From assembly GCA_965237955.1 (NCBI GenBank), contig OZ250169.1:1216001-1280000 (forward strand): a stretch of DNA of 64,000 nucleotides, written 5' to 3'. The position numbers were made by a program, and so were the translations under genes. Shown in pieces: positions 40,706 through 49,785 of the stretch (position 1 is its first letter; the number at the start of each line of letters is the position of its first letter). The notes under the pieces are model-generated. The model did not search any database, was not told the origin of the DNA, and saw only the letters and a program-made list of their open reading frames with translations. The DNA is from Candidatus Marinacidobacterales bacterium (GTDB lineage Bacteria; Acidobacteriota; Vicinamibacteria; Marinacidobacterales; SMYC01).

Positions 40706-41200
40706 ATGTGGAAGAAATCGGAAGCAGCAGTTTCTTCTCAAACCACGACAAAAAACCCGACTCCCGCCCGCCCGGAGGGCACGGACACTCGCAAGGCCCG
40801 CATCGGGGTCGGGATCTTGCTCAAGGGCGAGCTCCACGGTGAAGAAGACGTCATCATCGAGGGACGCGTGGAAGGCAAGATCACGCTGAAACAACATGGC
40901 GTCATCATCGAAGAATCGGGGCGAGTCGATGCCGACATCACCGCGAGCAGTATCTGTGTCGCCGGCGAGGTGCATGGAAATCTCCACGGAACGGAGCAAG
41001 TCGTGCTGCTCAAGACCGGACGTGTCGAGGGCAATATCAACGCGAAGAGCGTGACGCTCGAGACGGGTGCGCAGTTCAAAGGAAGCATCGATATGGAGAC
41101 GGTGGAAGCCGCCTCCGGCGTGAAGCTTCACGCGAAGGCGGCTCCAGGCTCGAGTGATTCCTCCACGAAGATCTCGACTCACCGTATCGCCGCAAGCTGA
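40706..41200 (+). CDS. Bactofilin (polymer-forming cytoskeletal protein)
   Basis: AAGGAGG RBS; IG.GI.LKGEL.G.EDVIIEGRVEGKI..GRVEGNI.A..TLETGAQFKGSIDM. Confidence 0.92.
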   Translation: MWKKSEAAVSSQTTTKNPTPARPEGTDTRKARIGVGILLKGELHGEEDVIIEGRVEGKITLKQHGVIIEESGRVDADITASSICVAGEVHGNLHGTEQVVLLKTGRVEGNINAKSVTLETGAQFKGSIDMETVEAASGVKLHAKAAPGSSDSSTKISTHRIAAS

Positions 41201-41208
41201 GACGAGGA

Positions 41209-41823
41209 ATGCGGCTCGGGCTCCCTTGGCGATCCGACCCGAAACCACCACCACCGGTGGAGGCCGCGCGCTTCGAGCAAACGTCGATCGCACTCGAGCA
41301 CGTCATGAGACGACTCGAGGAAGCGCCGCGCTGCGGAGTTCTCGACCTGGGCGCCCCCATCGCCGCCAACGTGGAGCTCTACGCGCGCCACGGCTCGAGA
41401 ATCACGTTCGCCGACTTCTATCGTTTCTACGAGCCCACCCGGCCCGACGGCGCGAACGCGAAAAGCTTCGCTGAGTTGCTACCCGCTAGCGCGACCCGGC
41501 TCGACGTCATCTTCGCGTGGGACCTTCTGAACTATCTCACGCTCGAGGAGATTGGCTGGCTCGGCCAGAGCGTGAGCGAAACCTGCGCGCCGGGAGCGAT
41601 CCTGTTGGCACTCGTTTCGTGTCCGGGTTTGATGTCGGCTGCACCTTCGAACCATACGATCGTGGACGAGGGGACACTCCGAGTCGAAGCAACGGCTCCA
41701 CCCGCCAGGCCATCGCCGGCCTACTCCGAACACGCGCTTTTGGGTTCTCTTCCGGACTGGACGGTCAAAAGTCGATTCCAGTTGAGAAACTCCATGGTCG
41801 AATACCTCTTGTATCGGGAATAA
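41209..41823 (+). CDS. Class I SAM-methyltransferase-like protein coupled to bactofilin
   Basis: VLDLGAP; DVIFAWDLLNYL; PGAILL. Confidence 0.7.
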   Translation: MRLGLPWRSDPKPPPPVEAARFEQTSIALEHVMRRLEEAPRCGVLDLGAPIAANVELYARHGSRITFADFYRFYEPTRPDGANAKSFAELLPASATRLDVIFAWDLLNYLTLEEIGWLGQSVSETCAPGAILLALVSCPGLMSAAPSNHTIVDEGTLRVEATAPPARPSPAYSEHALLGSLPDWTVKSRFQLRNSMVEYLLYRE

Positions 41824-41951
41824 TTCTTACCAAGGGATTCCGAGCCGGGACGTCTTCGCCCGTATCAACCCGCGGGTCGAGATCGAAGGACCGGTGATGG
41901 AAGACGAAGGGCTGCGAATCCACCGCGACTTCTGGCCCGACTTCCTGCGCT

Positions 41952-43140
41952 CTAGTCCCCTGGATCTTTAATTACTGTCCAAATTCGATTTGCCATGTGT
42001 ATCGAGCGTTCGCTGGGCGAACCGAGCGATGGTTTCGAGGATTTGGTCGGCGGATTTCGTCCACTTGAACGGCTTTGGGTTCTCGTTGTGAGCATCGAGA
42101 TAGTCTTGTATCGCAACGCGGAGCTGAGGCACGCTCGTGTGCGAGCCTCGTCGCAAGGCGTGTTCGGTGAGCAAGCCAAAGAAGCGCTCAGCGAAGTTGA
42201 GCCAAGAGGCGTGTGTCGGTGTGAAGTGAAAGTGGAACCGAGGTCGCTTGGAAAGCCAGCGTTTGATCGCCGGTGTCTTGTGCGTGGCGAGATTGTCGAG
42301 CACGACGTGGATGTCCAACTCGCTGGGAACGGCTGCTTCGATCTCAGCGAGGAACTTCTTGAACTCTAGCGCTCGATGTCGCGCGTAGCACTTTCCGAAG
42401 ACTTCACCTGTTGCGGCGTCGAGTGCGGCAAACAGGTCAGTCGTTCCATGCCGAATGTAGTCGTGGGTTTGTCGCTCGGGCTGGCCCAAGCTCATGGGCA
42501 GGACAGGTTGAGCACGCTCGAGCGCTTGAATCTGCGATTTCTCGTCGACGCACAGGACGACCGCGTTATCCGGTGGGTTCATATACAGGCCAACAAGGTC
42601 GCGTACTTTTTCGACCAGTTGTGGGTCTTGCGAGAGACGAAACGATTCCGAGCGGTGCGGTTGAAGCCCGAACGTTCGCCAAATACGTCCAATCGTCGAA
42701 TGACTCAGCCCAAGATGCTTGGCCATCGAGCGCGTACTCCAATGGGTTCTCCCCTTTGGAGTCGTCTCCAGCGTCTTGGTCACGACTTCCTCGATCTGGT
42801 CATCGCCGATTTTGCGAGCCGCTCCCGGCCGAGGTTCGTCGTACAACCCTTCCATTCGTTGTTCTACAAAGCGTCTTCGCCACTTGCCCACCGTGCTCCT
42901 CATGGTGTGCATCTTCCTAGCAACTTCCATATTCGTCAGACCCGCCGCGCAATCCAGCACGATCTTCGCTCGGAAGGCTTGGTGCGGCGAACTACGGCTG
43001 CGTCGCGCCAGTCGCGTCAGCGCTTCGCTTTCTTGAGACGACAGCTTCAATTCGGCTTTTCGCCGGCCCTTGTGTTTCATGCATTTAGCAGATCACAGAA
43101 GGGCCGGTGTTGTCTAGCTTTTTCTGTTCCATGGGACTAG
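41952..43140 (-). mobile_element. IS630-family insertion sequence
   Basis: CTAGTCCC...GGGACTAG ends (TA within CTAG target); contains a full transposase. Confidence 0.93.
41968..43080 (-). CDS. IS630 transposase
   Basis: [54 protein letters not shown]. Confidence 0.95.
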   Translation of the reverse strand: MKHKGRRKAELKLSSQESEALTRLARRSRSSPHQAFRAKIVLDCAAGLTNMEVARKMHTMRSTVGKWRRRFVEQRMEGLYDEPRPGAARKIGDDQIEEVVTKTLETTPKGRTHWSTRSMAKHLGLSHSTIGRIWRTFGLQPHRSESFRLSQDPQLVEKVRDLVGLYMNPPDNAVVLCVDEKSQIQALERAQPVLPMSLGQPERQTHDYIRHGTTDLFAALDAATGEVFGKCYARHRALEFKKFLAEIEAAVPSELDIHVVLDNLATHKTPAIKRWLSKRPRFHFHFTPTHASWLNFAERFFGLLTEHALRRGSHTSVPQLRVAIQDYLDAHNENPKPFKWTKSADQILETIARFAQRTLDTHGKSNLDSN

Positions 43141-46100
43141 CTAATGTGAGCCATCGCCGGCATCATCGGTGACACCCGTGAGCTCGTCGAGCTTCGCGAC
43201 CTGCTCGTCGAGATGGCGCCTCAGGCTCTGGTAGCGCTCGACCGCGTCCACGCCCGGGCGCTGGTCGGCGCGGTCGAGATTGCTGCAGAGATAGCTGAGC
43301 TGATCGATGAGCATCGGCTGCGAGTAGCGGCGGGGCGCAGTCACGATCTCTTTTCGGATTTCCGCGAGCGCGCTTCTCGTGGCACCGGTGGCGCTCTCGA
43401 GCGCGTCATCCAACCGCGCTGCAGCGAGCCGGGCGCTACTCAGCGCGTCCCGCGCTTTCAAGCTGAGCTCGACCTGCGCCGCAATATCTTCGCTCGACAC
43501 GAAGCCTTCCTTGGCCACGCGAGGATCGAGTCTCGCTTCGAACGATACCGTGCGGCTCCAATTCCCTAGCGTGAGTCGAGCGTGGTAGCTGCCCGGAGCG
43601 ACCAGCGGTCCGTTCCGCCCCGATCGCTCGGCGTCCTCGTGCCAAGGTCCTGGATATCGGAGCTGCCACGTAAAGCGATGCATCCCTGCGCTCTTGTCGA
43701 GCTTCGGCGTGCCCACGCGCTCGAGCCGCCACTCGCGCATGCTCGCTTCTCGGGGAAGAACGTTCCGTTCTCCGGAGTCGTGGCTCGAGAACGAGCGGAT
43801 GACATCGCCGTCCGCGTCGAGAATGTCGATCTTCAACTCCCCCTCCGACTCGTCCGGCTCGCTCGCGAGGTAGTAGTCGATGTTCGCACCCACCACTGGA
43901 TACTGCGGCTCGTCGGGTGCGTAACTCGATTTCACCAGTTGCCCAGGTGTCCGAATTCGATAGGGATCCTTGACCTCGAAGAGATGCGCGGGCGCCGCGG
44001 CAACGCTCCCGTCGATCTCGTGTAGCGGCGTCAGGTCGTAGAGGATCCAGAAGCTTCGACCCATGGTCGAGATAACGAGGTCTTTTTGGACGACCTTGAG
44101 GTCCGTAATCGGCGTCACCGGAAGATTCAGTTGGAACGACTGCCAGCTGTCTCCGTCGTCGAACGAGATGAACATCCCGAACTCCGTACCTGCATAAAGG
44201 AGCCCCTCGCGATCGGGATCTTCACGCACCACCCGCACCGGGTGGTCGTTGGGAATACCGTTCGTTCCCGTCGTGATGCGGTTCCAGGTTTCGCCATAGT
44301 CGGTGGTCTTGTATGCGTACGGTGTGAAGTCGCCAAGCTGGTACCGAAGGATCGCAGCATAAGCCTTGGACGGCTGGTGCGGAGAGACTTCGATGTTCTG
44401 CACGCGTCCGTAAGGCCCGATCCCGGGTGGGGTCACTTCCTTCCAATTCGCACCGTTGTCGCGTGAGATGTGGATGGGACCGTCGTTGGCCCCAACCCAG
44501 AGGACGCCCCGCTCGTGGGTCGATTCTTGAATCTCGTAAATGACACTGAAGTGCTCCTCGCCGGTCACGTCGATCGTGATCGGGTCTCCCGAAACAACCT
44601 GGGTCTCGGGCGTGAACACCGTGAGGTCGGTCGAGATCGTCTGCCACGAGCGCCCGCCGTCTTCGGTCGCGTGAACGTACTGAGACGTGTGATACACGCG
44701 ATTGGAATCGTGGGGTGAGACGTGGATGGGCGCCACCCGTTGAAACCGGAACATCAGGTCTTTGGGGTTGTGGCCGTAAAGGTTCTGGAAGCCTACATAA
44801 TAATGTTGCTCCTGACCGGTCCTGCGATTGAAGACCCCGAACCGGCCCTTGCAATTCGCGTAAACGATGTCGGGATCCCCCGGCTTGGGGACGACCGGAC
44901 CGGTCTCACACCCGCCTTGCGACTCCCACAGGGACTTATGACCTCCGGGCATGCGGCGCGGCGGAAAGCTCGGTACGGAGATCGTGGAGTTGTCCTGTTG
45001 CCCCGCGTACAACCGGTACGGGAACCCGTCGCTCACGTCTACCTGATAGAGCTCGGCGGTCGGCTGATTGAACTGGGTCGACCACGTCTCGCCGCCGTCG
45101 AGCGACACGTTCGCACCGCCGTCGTTCGATTGGATGAGGATGTTCGGGTCGTCGGGGTTTACCCACATGTCGTGGTTGTCGCCGCTAGGCGTCGGCTTGC
45201 GCGTCCACGTCTTCCCGCCGTCCTCCGACATGTAGTGACCCTCGGCCATACCCCAAAGGATGTCCGGATTAATAGGATGCGCTTCGAGGTTGCAGTAGTA
45301 GAACGGCCGATTACGAATGGGCTGAAAGTCCGTGACTTGGCGCCAGCCGGCACCACGATTATCGGAGCGATACACGCCACCTTCGGTGCCCGGCGCTTCG
45401 ATGAGCACGTAGACTCTGTCGGGGTCGGCGGGTGAGACCGCAAGGTCCGCTTTGCCGCGCAAACCGCTCGGAAGGCCACGCGTTAGCTGGTTCCAAGTGT
45501 CGCCGCCATCCGTGGTTTTGTAGACACCGCCTTCGTGGCCACCGCTTACGATGGTCCACGGCTTGCGCTCTGCGCGCCACATCGTCGCGTAAATCTCGCT
45601 CGGGTCGTCCGGTACGAACTCGAGATCGACGGCGCCGGTCTCGTCGGAGACGAACAGAACGTTCTCCCAGCTCTCGCCTCCATCTTTCGAGCGATACACG
45701 CCGCGCTCGGGATTGGAGATGAACGGGTTACCGATCGCGGCAACGTAGACGAGATCCGGATTCTCCGGATGGATGAGGATGGCGCCGCTGTTGCCGGTTT
45801 TCTCGAGACCGATGTGTGTCCACGTTTTCCCGGCGTCAGTTGATTTGTACACACCCTTGCCAATGATGACGTTGCTTCGAAGTGCGTCCGAACCGGTGGC
45901 GACGTACACGATGTTCGGGTTCGAATCGGCCATACGGATCGCGCCGATGGAGCCGGTCGCGAAGTAGCCGTCGCTTACCGGATACCAGATGTTGCCGTAG
46001 TCATCGGTCTTCCACACGCCACCGCCCACGGTGCCCATATAAAACGTCGACGGGTGCGCGCGATGCCCGGCAACAGCGGTTACCCGGCCGCCGCGCGACG

Positions 46101-46206
46101 GCCCCACCATCCGGTACTGAAGGCCGGAAAACAAACTCGGGGAATATTCAGCCGTCGCGGCTGAACCCACTCCCAGGACGATCATGATCGCGGCGATACG
46201 GCGCAT
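43141..46206 (-). CDS. Secreted VPS10/BNR-repeat glycosyl-hydrolase-like protein (1021 aa)
   Basis: Signal peptide; GPSRGGRVTAV; repeated S/TxDxGxTW Asp-boxes; GGQQDN-like motif; C-terminal FlgD-like domain and helical tail. Confidence 0.9.
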   Translation of the reverse strand: MRRIAAIMIVLGVGSAATAEYSPSLFSGLQYRMVGPSRGGRVTAVAGHRAHPSTFYMGTVGGGVWKTDDYGNIWYPVSDGYFATGSIGAIRMADSNPNIVYVATGSDALRSNVIIGKGVYKSTDAGKTWTHIGLEKTGNSGAILIHPENPDLVYVAAIGNPFISNPERGVYRSKDGGESWENVLFVSDETGAVDLEFVPDDPSEIYATMWRAERKPWTIVSGGHEGGVYKTTDGGDTWNQLTRGLPSGLRGKADLAVSPADPDRVYVLIEAPGTEGGVYRSDNRGAGWRQVTDFQPIRNRPFYYCNLEAHPINPDILWGMAEGHYMSEDGGKTWTRKPTPSGDNHDMWVNPDDPNILIQSNDGGANVSLDGGETWSTQFNQPTAELYQVDVSDGFPYRLYAGQQDNSTISVPSFPPRRMPGGHKSLWESQGGCETGPVVPKPGDPDIVYANCKGRFGVFNRRTGQEQHYYVGFQNLYGHNPKDLMFRFQRVAPIHVSPHDSNRVYHTSQYVHATEDGGRSWQTISTDLTVFTPETQVVSGDPITIDVTGEEHFSVIYEIQESTHERGVLWVGANDGPIHISRDNGANWKEVTPPGIGPYGRVQNIEVSPHQPSKAYAAILRYQLGDFTPYAYKTTDYGETWNRITTGTNGIPNDHPVRVVREDPDREGLLYAGTEFGMFISFDDGDSWQSFQLNLPVTPITDLKVVQKDLVISTMGRSFWILYDLTPLHEIDGSVAAAPAHLFEVKDPYRIRTPGQLVKSSYAPDEPQYPVVGANIDYYLASEPDESEGELKIDILDADGDVIRSFSSHDSGERNVLPREASMREWRLERVGTPKLDKSAGMHRFTWQLRYPGPWHEDAERSGRNGPLVAPGSYHARLTLGNWSRTVSFEARLDPRVAKEGFVSSEDIAAQVELSLKARDALSSARLAAARLDDALESATGATRSALAEIRKEIVTAPRRYSQPMLIDQLSYLCSNLDRADQRPGVDAVERYQSLRRHLDEQVAKLDELTGVTDDAGDGSH

Positions 46207-46264
46207 TAAAGGCTCCTTCGAATACAGGGCGGGATGTTAGTCGAACTGTGGCAGCAAGACAAAC

Positions 46265-48247
46265 TTACTCGGGCGCCACCATCACGATGTATTGGCTCGT
46301 TCCCTCGTCACCCCAATCACCGCCTGCGGCACTGTTACCCCCGAGCACAACGCACCCGGCAGGAAAGTCGCGACGGTAGAGCTCGAAAAACCTCATCGCG
46401 TCACCCTCGACCTCGACTCGCCCCTTCACCGCCTCCCATTCGTCGAGCCAGTACGGGAGGCGTCGAGCGCGACGGTCGAAACCAACGTAGATCGTCGCCG
46501 CCCGTGCGAGACGGAGCGATAGGAAACCCTCGCCGCGCGCGAGCTTGTCGTCGTTTGCGGTTCGCACTAGAAAGCCACCGTCGAGAACCGAGGGAAACGA
46601 CGCGAGCGTATAGGCACGATCGATGTAATACCGCTTCCCGACTCCGAGCGTCGTGAGCCCGTAGCTCGAAGGACGAAGCTCTGTTATCAAATTCGCGGTC
46701 GCAGCGCTCGAGACACGCCACGCTTCCGTGTAGCCTGTTGCGCCCCGAGTCGTCAGCGCACGCACGCGATACCAATACGTCGCTCCCGGCGACGCGTCGC
46801 GGTCGGTGAAGCGCGTCTCGCCTGGAGGAAGCGTAGCGATGATCTCGAAGGTGCCCGGGGTAACCCCTTCGCCTCGCGCGCGTTCGACCTCGAACCCGCT
46901 CGTGCCTTCGCTGTTATCGACCCAGACGAGCCTCGTGGCCCCATCATTGGTTGGGCGTACGGTGAGCTTCGAGGGTGCTTCGGTCTCGATCGCGCGACGT
47001 TTGCGATCTCGACGGAATGCACCGGCCGCGATCGCCCAGTCAGAGCGGTAGGGCGCGCGCCACTCGTGACGACCCGGCGCATACTTGCCAAGTTCGAGCT
47101 CCTCGTACGGCTTCGTGGTATCGACGGCGACGACCGCCAACGCGCTAACCGCGTTTTTCAGATCGAGATCGACGCGGTCAGTGTTCTCTCGGTAAAAGAG
47201 GTAATGCTCTCCGGCGTCACCCAGGCATAGGCTCCGGCGGCTCGGGTTCGTCTTCGCCGCGCTGCAGCGCTTCATCGGTTCCAGGAAACGACCTCGCACG
47301 AGCTCGAAGTAAGTGCGAATCTGGCCGCGGTTCGGAAACGGCGCGGAGCCGAGCTCGTGCGAGCCGCCGTCTTTTAGATGACCCCAGATGTTCGCGACAC
47401 CACCCGCGAACGTCGAGTGATATAGACCTCGCCGGATCTCTCGAGGTGAGTAGTGCTTTCTATCGCTCGACGGCAGCACGCGGAAGCGATCTTCGGACAT
47501 CACCGGTTTGTCCGGATTCGATTCGAGCGCGTCGACGTAAACCGCGTAGCTCGGTTTGTGATGCTCGTAGCTCGCGTAGTCGAGCCCGCGATTCCAAGCC
47601 GCGTAGCGTTCGTGGTTCCGACCGTTGTTCGGCCCTTGAGGTCTGCCACCCATGAAGCGGAACCCCGGTAGTAGCCGATGCATGCGATCGCGCCACGCGT
47701 GGATTTCAGACGCTTCGACCCACTCGTCGAGATCGAAGCCGTAGCCGAGCGTCCACCCCGGAAGGGGTCCGAGTCGCTCGGCGATCGCCGCTTCCACCTT
47801 CCGCGCAACCGGGCCGTCCAGTCCTTCCCAGTCGTCTCGAGCCGACGGGGTCTGACCGCGCTCTTCATCACCCCACATCCACAAGTGGACCATGCCGGTC
47901 GCGGCGTAGGTTTTGCGAATGAGCATTTCCAACGCTTCGAACGTGCGCGGGTCCAGCTCGGGATCGGTCCCCTCCGCTTCGCGACAATCCGGCTCCCCGA
48001 TGTCGAACCATCGACATGAGACGAAAACGTGAAACCCGTTGAAGCCGTACGTGTCCAGATACAGGCGCACGTCGGCATCGACCTTCCCGGGGTTCCCATA
48101 GAAGTTGGGCGGGGTCGCGTACATGACGAGCTGAGGGACGAACACCTCTCCGGTGCCGGCCCATCCCCACTTGTTGCCAAAGTGTGTCAGCTCGCCGCGA
48201 TCAGACGGTTGAACGAGAGCGAGCCACAAGAGAAAGCGCATCTGCAT
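46265..48247 (-). CDS. Putative glycoside hydrolase-like (TIM-barrel) protein with beta-sandwich and FN3 domains
   Basis: Barrel-like N-domain (LEMLIRK..GMVHLW, KPVMSEDR); FN3 LVWVDNS..GFEVER..FTD..YWYRVRA. Confidence 0.55.
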   Translation of the reverse strand: MQMRFLLWLALVQPSDRGELTHFGNKWGWAGTGEVFVPQLVMYATPPNFYGNPGKVDADVRLYLDTYGFNGFHVFVSCRWFDIGEPDCREAEGTDPELDPRTFEALEMLIRKTYAATGMVHLWMWGDEERGQTPSARDDWEGLDGPVARKVEAAIAERLGPLPGWTLGYGFDLDEWVEASEIHAWRDRMHRLLPGFRFMGGRPQGPNNGRNHERYAAWNRGLDYASYEHHKPSYAVYVDALESNPDKPVMSEDRFRVLPSSDRKHYSPREIRRGLYHSTFAGGVANIWGHLKDGGSHELGSAPFPNRGQIRTYFELVRGRFLEPMKRCSAAKTNPSRRSLCLGDAGEHYLFYRENTDRVDLDLKNAVSALAVVAVDTTKPYEELELGKYAPGRHEWRAPYRSDWAIAAGAFRRDRKRRAIETEAPSKLTVRPTNDGATRLVWVDNSEGTSGFEVERARGEGVTPGTFEIIATLPPGETRFTDRDASPGATYWYRVRALTTRGATGYTEAWRVSSAATANLITELRPSSYGLTTLGVGKRYYIDRAYTLASFPSVLDGGFLVRTANDDKLARGEGFLSLRLARAATIYVGFDRRARRLPYWLDEWEAVKGRVEVEGDAMRFFELYRRDFPAGCVVLGGNSAAGGDWGDEGTSQYIVMVAPE

Positions 48248-48392
48248 CCAAGCTTAGCAATTTCCATAGGGTTCAGGCTCAACTCACGTAATATCATACA
48301 GTTGCAACAACTAGCGGGGCGTTCATGGCGTGAATGTCCTTTCCGCCACCAGCTGGTACAATGAAAAGAAAAAGTCCCTCGCAGTCAAACAC

Positions 48393-49670
48393 ATGGGAAA
48401 AGACCGCATTTTGGTCGTCGACGACGACCCTGACAATCGGGCCATGATCGGCCACTTTCTCAGCAACTGGGGCTACGACGTCGACGACGCGAAAAACGGC
48501 AAAGTAGCACTCGAGAAGGTGGCGGCTCACCCGCCGAAGCTCGTCTTGCTCGACCTCGAGATGCCCGAGATGGACGGGTTCGAGACGTGCGAACACTTGA
48601 AGACCAATCCCGACACCGAGTGGATTCCCGTCATCATCTTCACCGGGCTCGAGAAAATGCCGCACCGCATCCGCGGTTTCCGCCACGGCGCCGACGACTA
48701 CGTCGTCAAGACGGTGGAGCCCGACGAGCTTCGAACCCGGATTGAGCTGGTGTTGAAGCGCACCAAGAAGTATTCGAGCCTCGCGGGTCTGAACACCGAC
48801 AACAACGCGGTTCCCGTCATCAATGCGGAATCTCACCCGCAAGATGCTCCCATCGAATCGTCACAATCTCAATCTCAACGCGACTTGGCGGTCTCGGTTT
48901 CGTTGGCGCGGATCCCGTTTCCCGAAGCGATGCGACTCGTCCTCGCCCACGGCGAGAACGGGATCGTTCACATCAGCGACGGTACTCGGATGGGTGCCGT
49001 TCACATCATGGCGGGCGAAGTCGTCCACGCGGTCGCCAGAAACGACCAGGGGGAGGAAGCTTTCTACGAGCTCGCTCTTTGGAGGAGCGGCCGCTTCGAC
49101 TTCCAGGAAACCGATCCGGGAACGACGCAATCGATCCGAACACCGGCCCGCAGCCTTCTCGTCGAGTCCAGCCGGCGCCAGGACGCATGGGCCATGATCT
49201 CGACCAAAGTGCCGAGCTTCGATTTGATCCCCAAGTGGGTGCCGCTCCAGGGAGCCTCTTCGATTCGGTTGACGAAGTCGGATTGGGCAGTGATTCGCCT
49301 AGTGGACGGTCGACGAACGATCCGAGAGATCGTCGACGTGCTCGAGACCGATATCTTCGAAGCCGGACGCGTCGTGTTCAGCCTCATCACCGTTGGCGTT
49401 CTCCGCCTCGACAATGCCGCGGATCAAAAAGACGATGCGTTCGATCTCGTCCCGCTCAGGGGCGACCAACTCGCGGTCACCGAACCGTTCGAGCTCAGCG
49501 CTGGCGAATGGGCGCTCTTGTCACGCGTCGATGGGCAGACAAACCTCGCGTCGATCCGGGAAGTCATGAACGTCGCACCGGCTGGTTTCATGAAAGCGGT
49601 ACGAACGCTGAAGGACAAAGGATTCATCCGACTCGCCTCGCGAGAACGACGAGCGCGTAAAGGGGCTTGA
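48393..49670 (+). CDS. Response regulator: REC + DUF4388 (PATAN-like) + wHTH-like repeats
   Basis: ILVVDDD, LLDLEMPEMDG, GADDYVVK; G.VHI..GEVVHA..GEEAFYELALW..GRFDF; LTKSDW..IRLVDGRRTI. Confidence 0.85.
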   Translation: MGKDRILVVDDDPDNRAMIGHFLSNWGYDVDDAKNGKVALEKVAAHPPKLVLLDLEMPEMDGFETCEHLKTNPDTEWIPVIIFTGLEKMPHRIRGFRHGADDYVVKTVEPDELRTRIELVLKRTKKYSSLAGLNTDNNAVPVINAESHPQDAPIESSQSQSQRDLAVSVSLARIPFPEAMRLVLAHGENGIVHISDGTRMGAVHIMAGEVVHAVARNDQGEEAFYELALWRSGRFDFQETDPGTTQSIRTPARSLLVESSRRQDAWAMISTKVPSFDLIPKWVPLQGASSIRLTKSDWAVIRLVDGRRTIREIVDVLETDIFEAGRVVFSLITVGVLRLDNAADQKDDAFDLVPLRGDQLAVTEPFELSAGEWALLSRVDGQTNLASIREVMNVAPAGFMKAVRTLKDKGFIRLASRERRARKGA

Positions 49671-49785
49671 TCAGCTTCCGGCTATCCGCTACCCGATGCC
49701 GCGGTCGAATTGTTGCTTTTTCCGACGAAATTGCGGATAATATAAACACCAACACAATTCGGGAACGCCGAACGGGGGAACGGCC

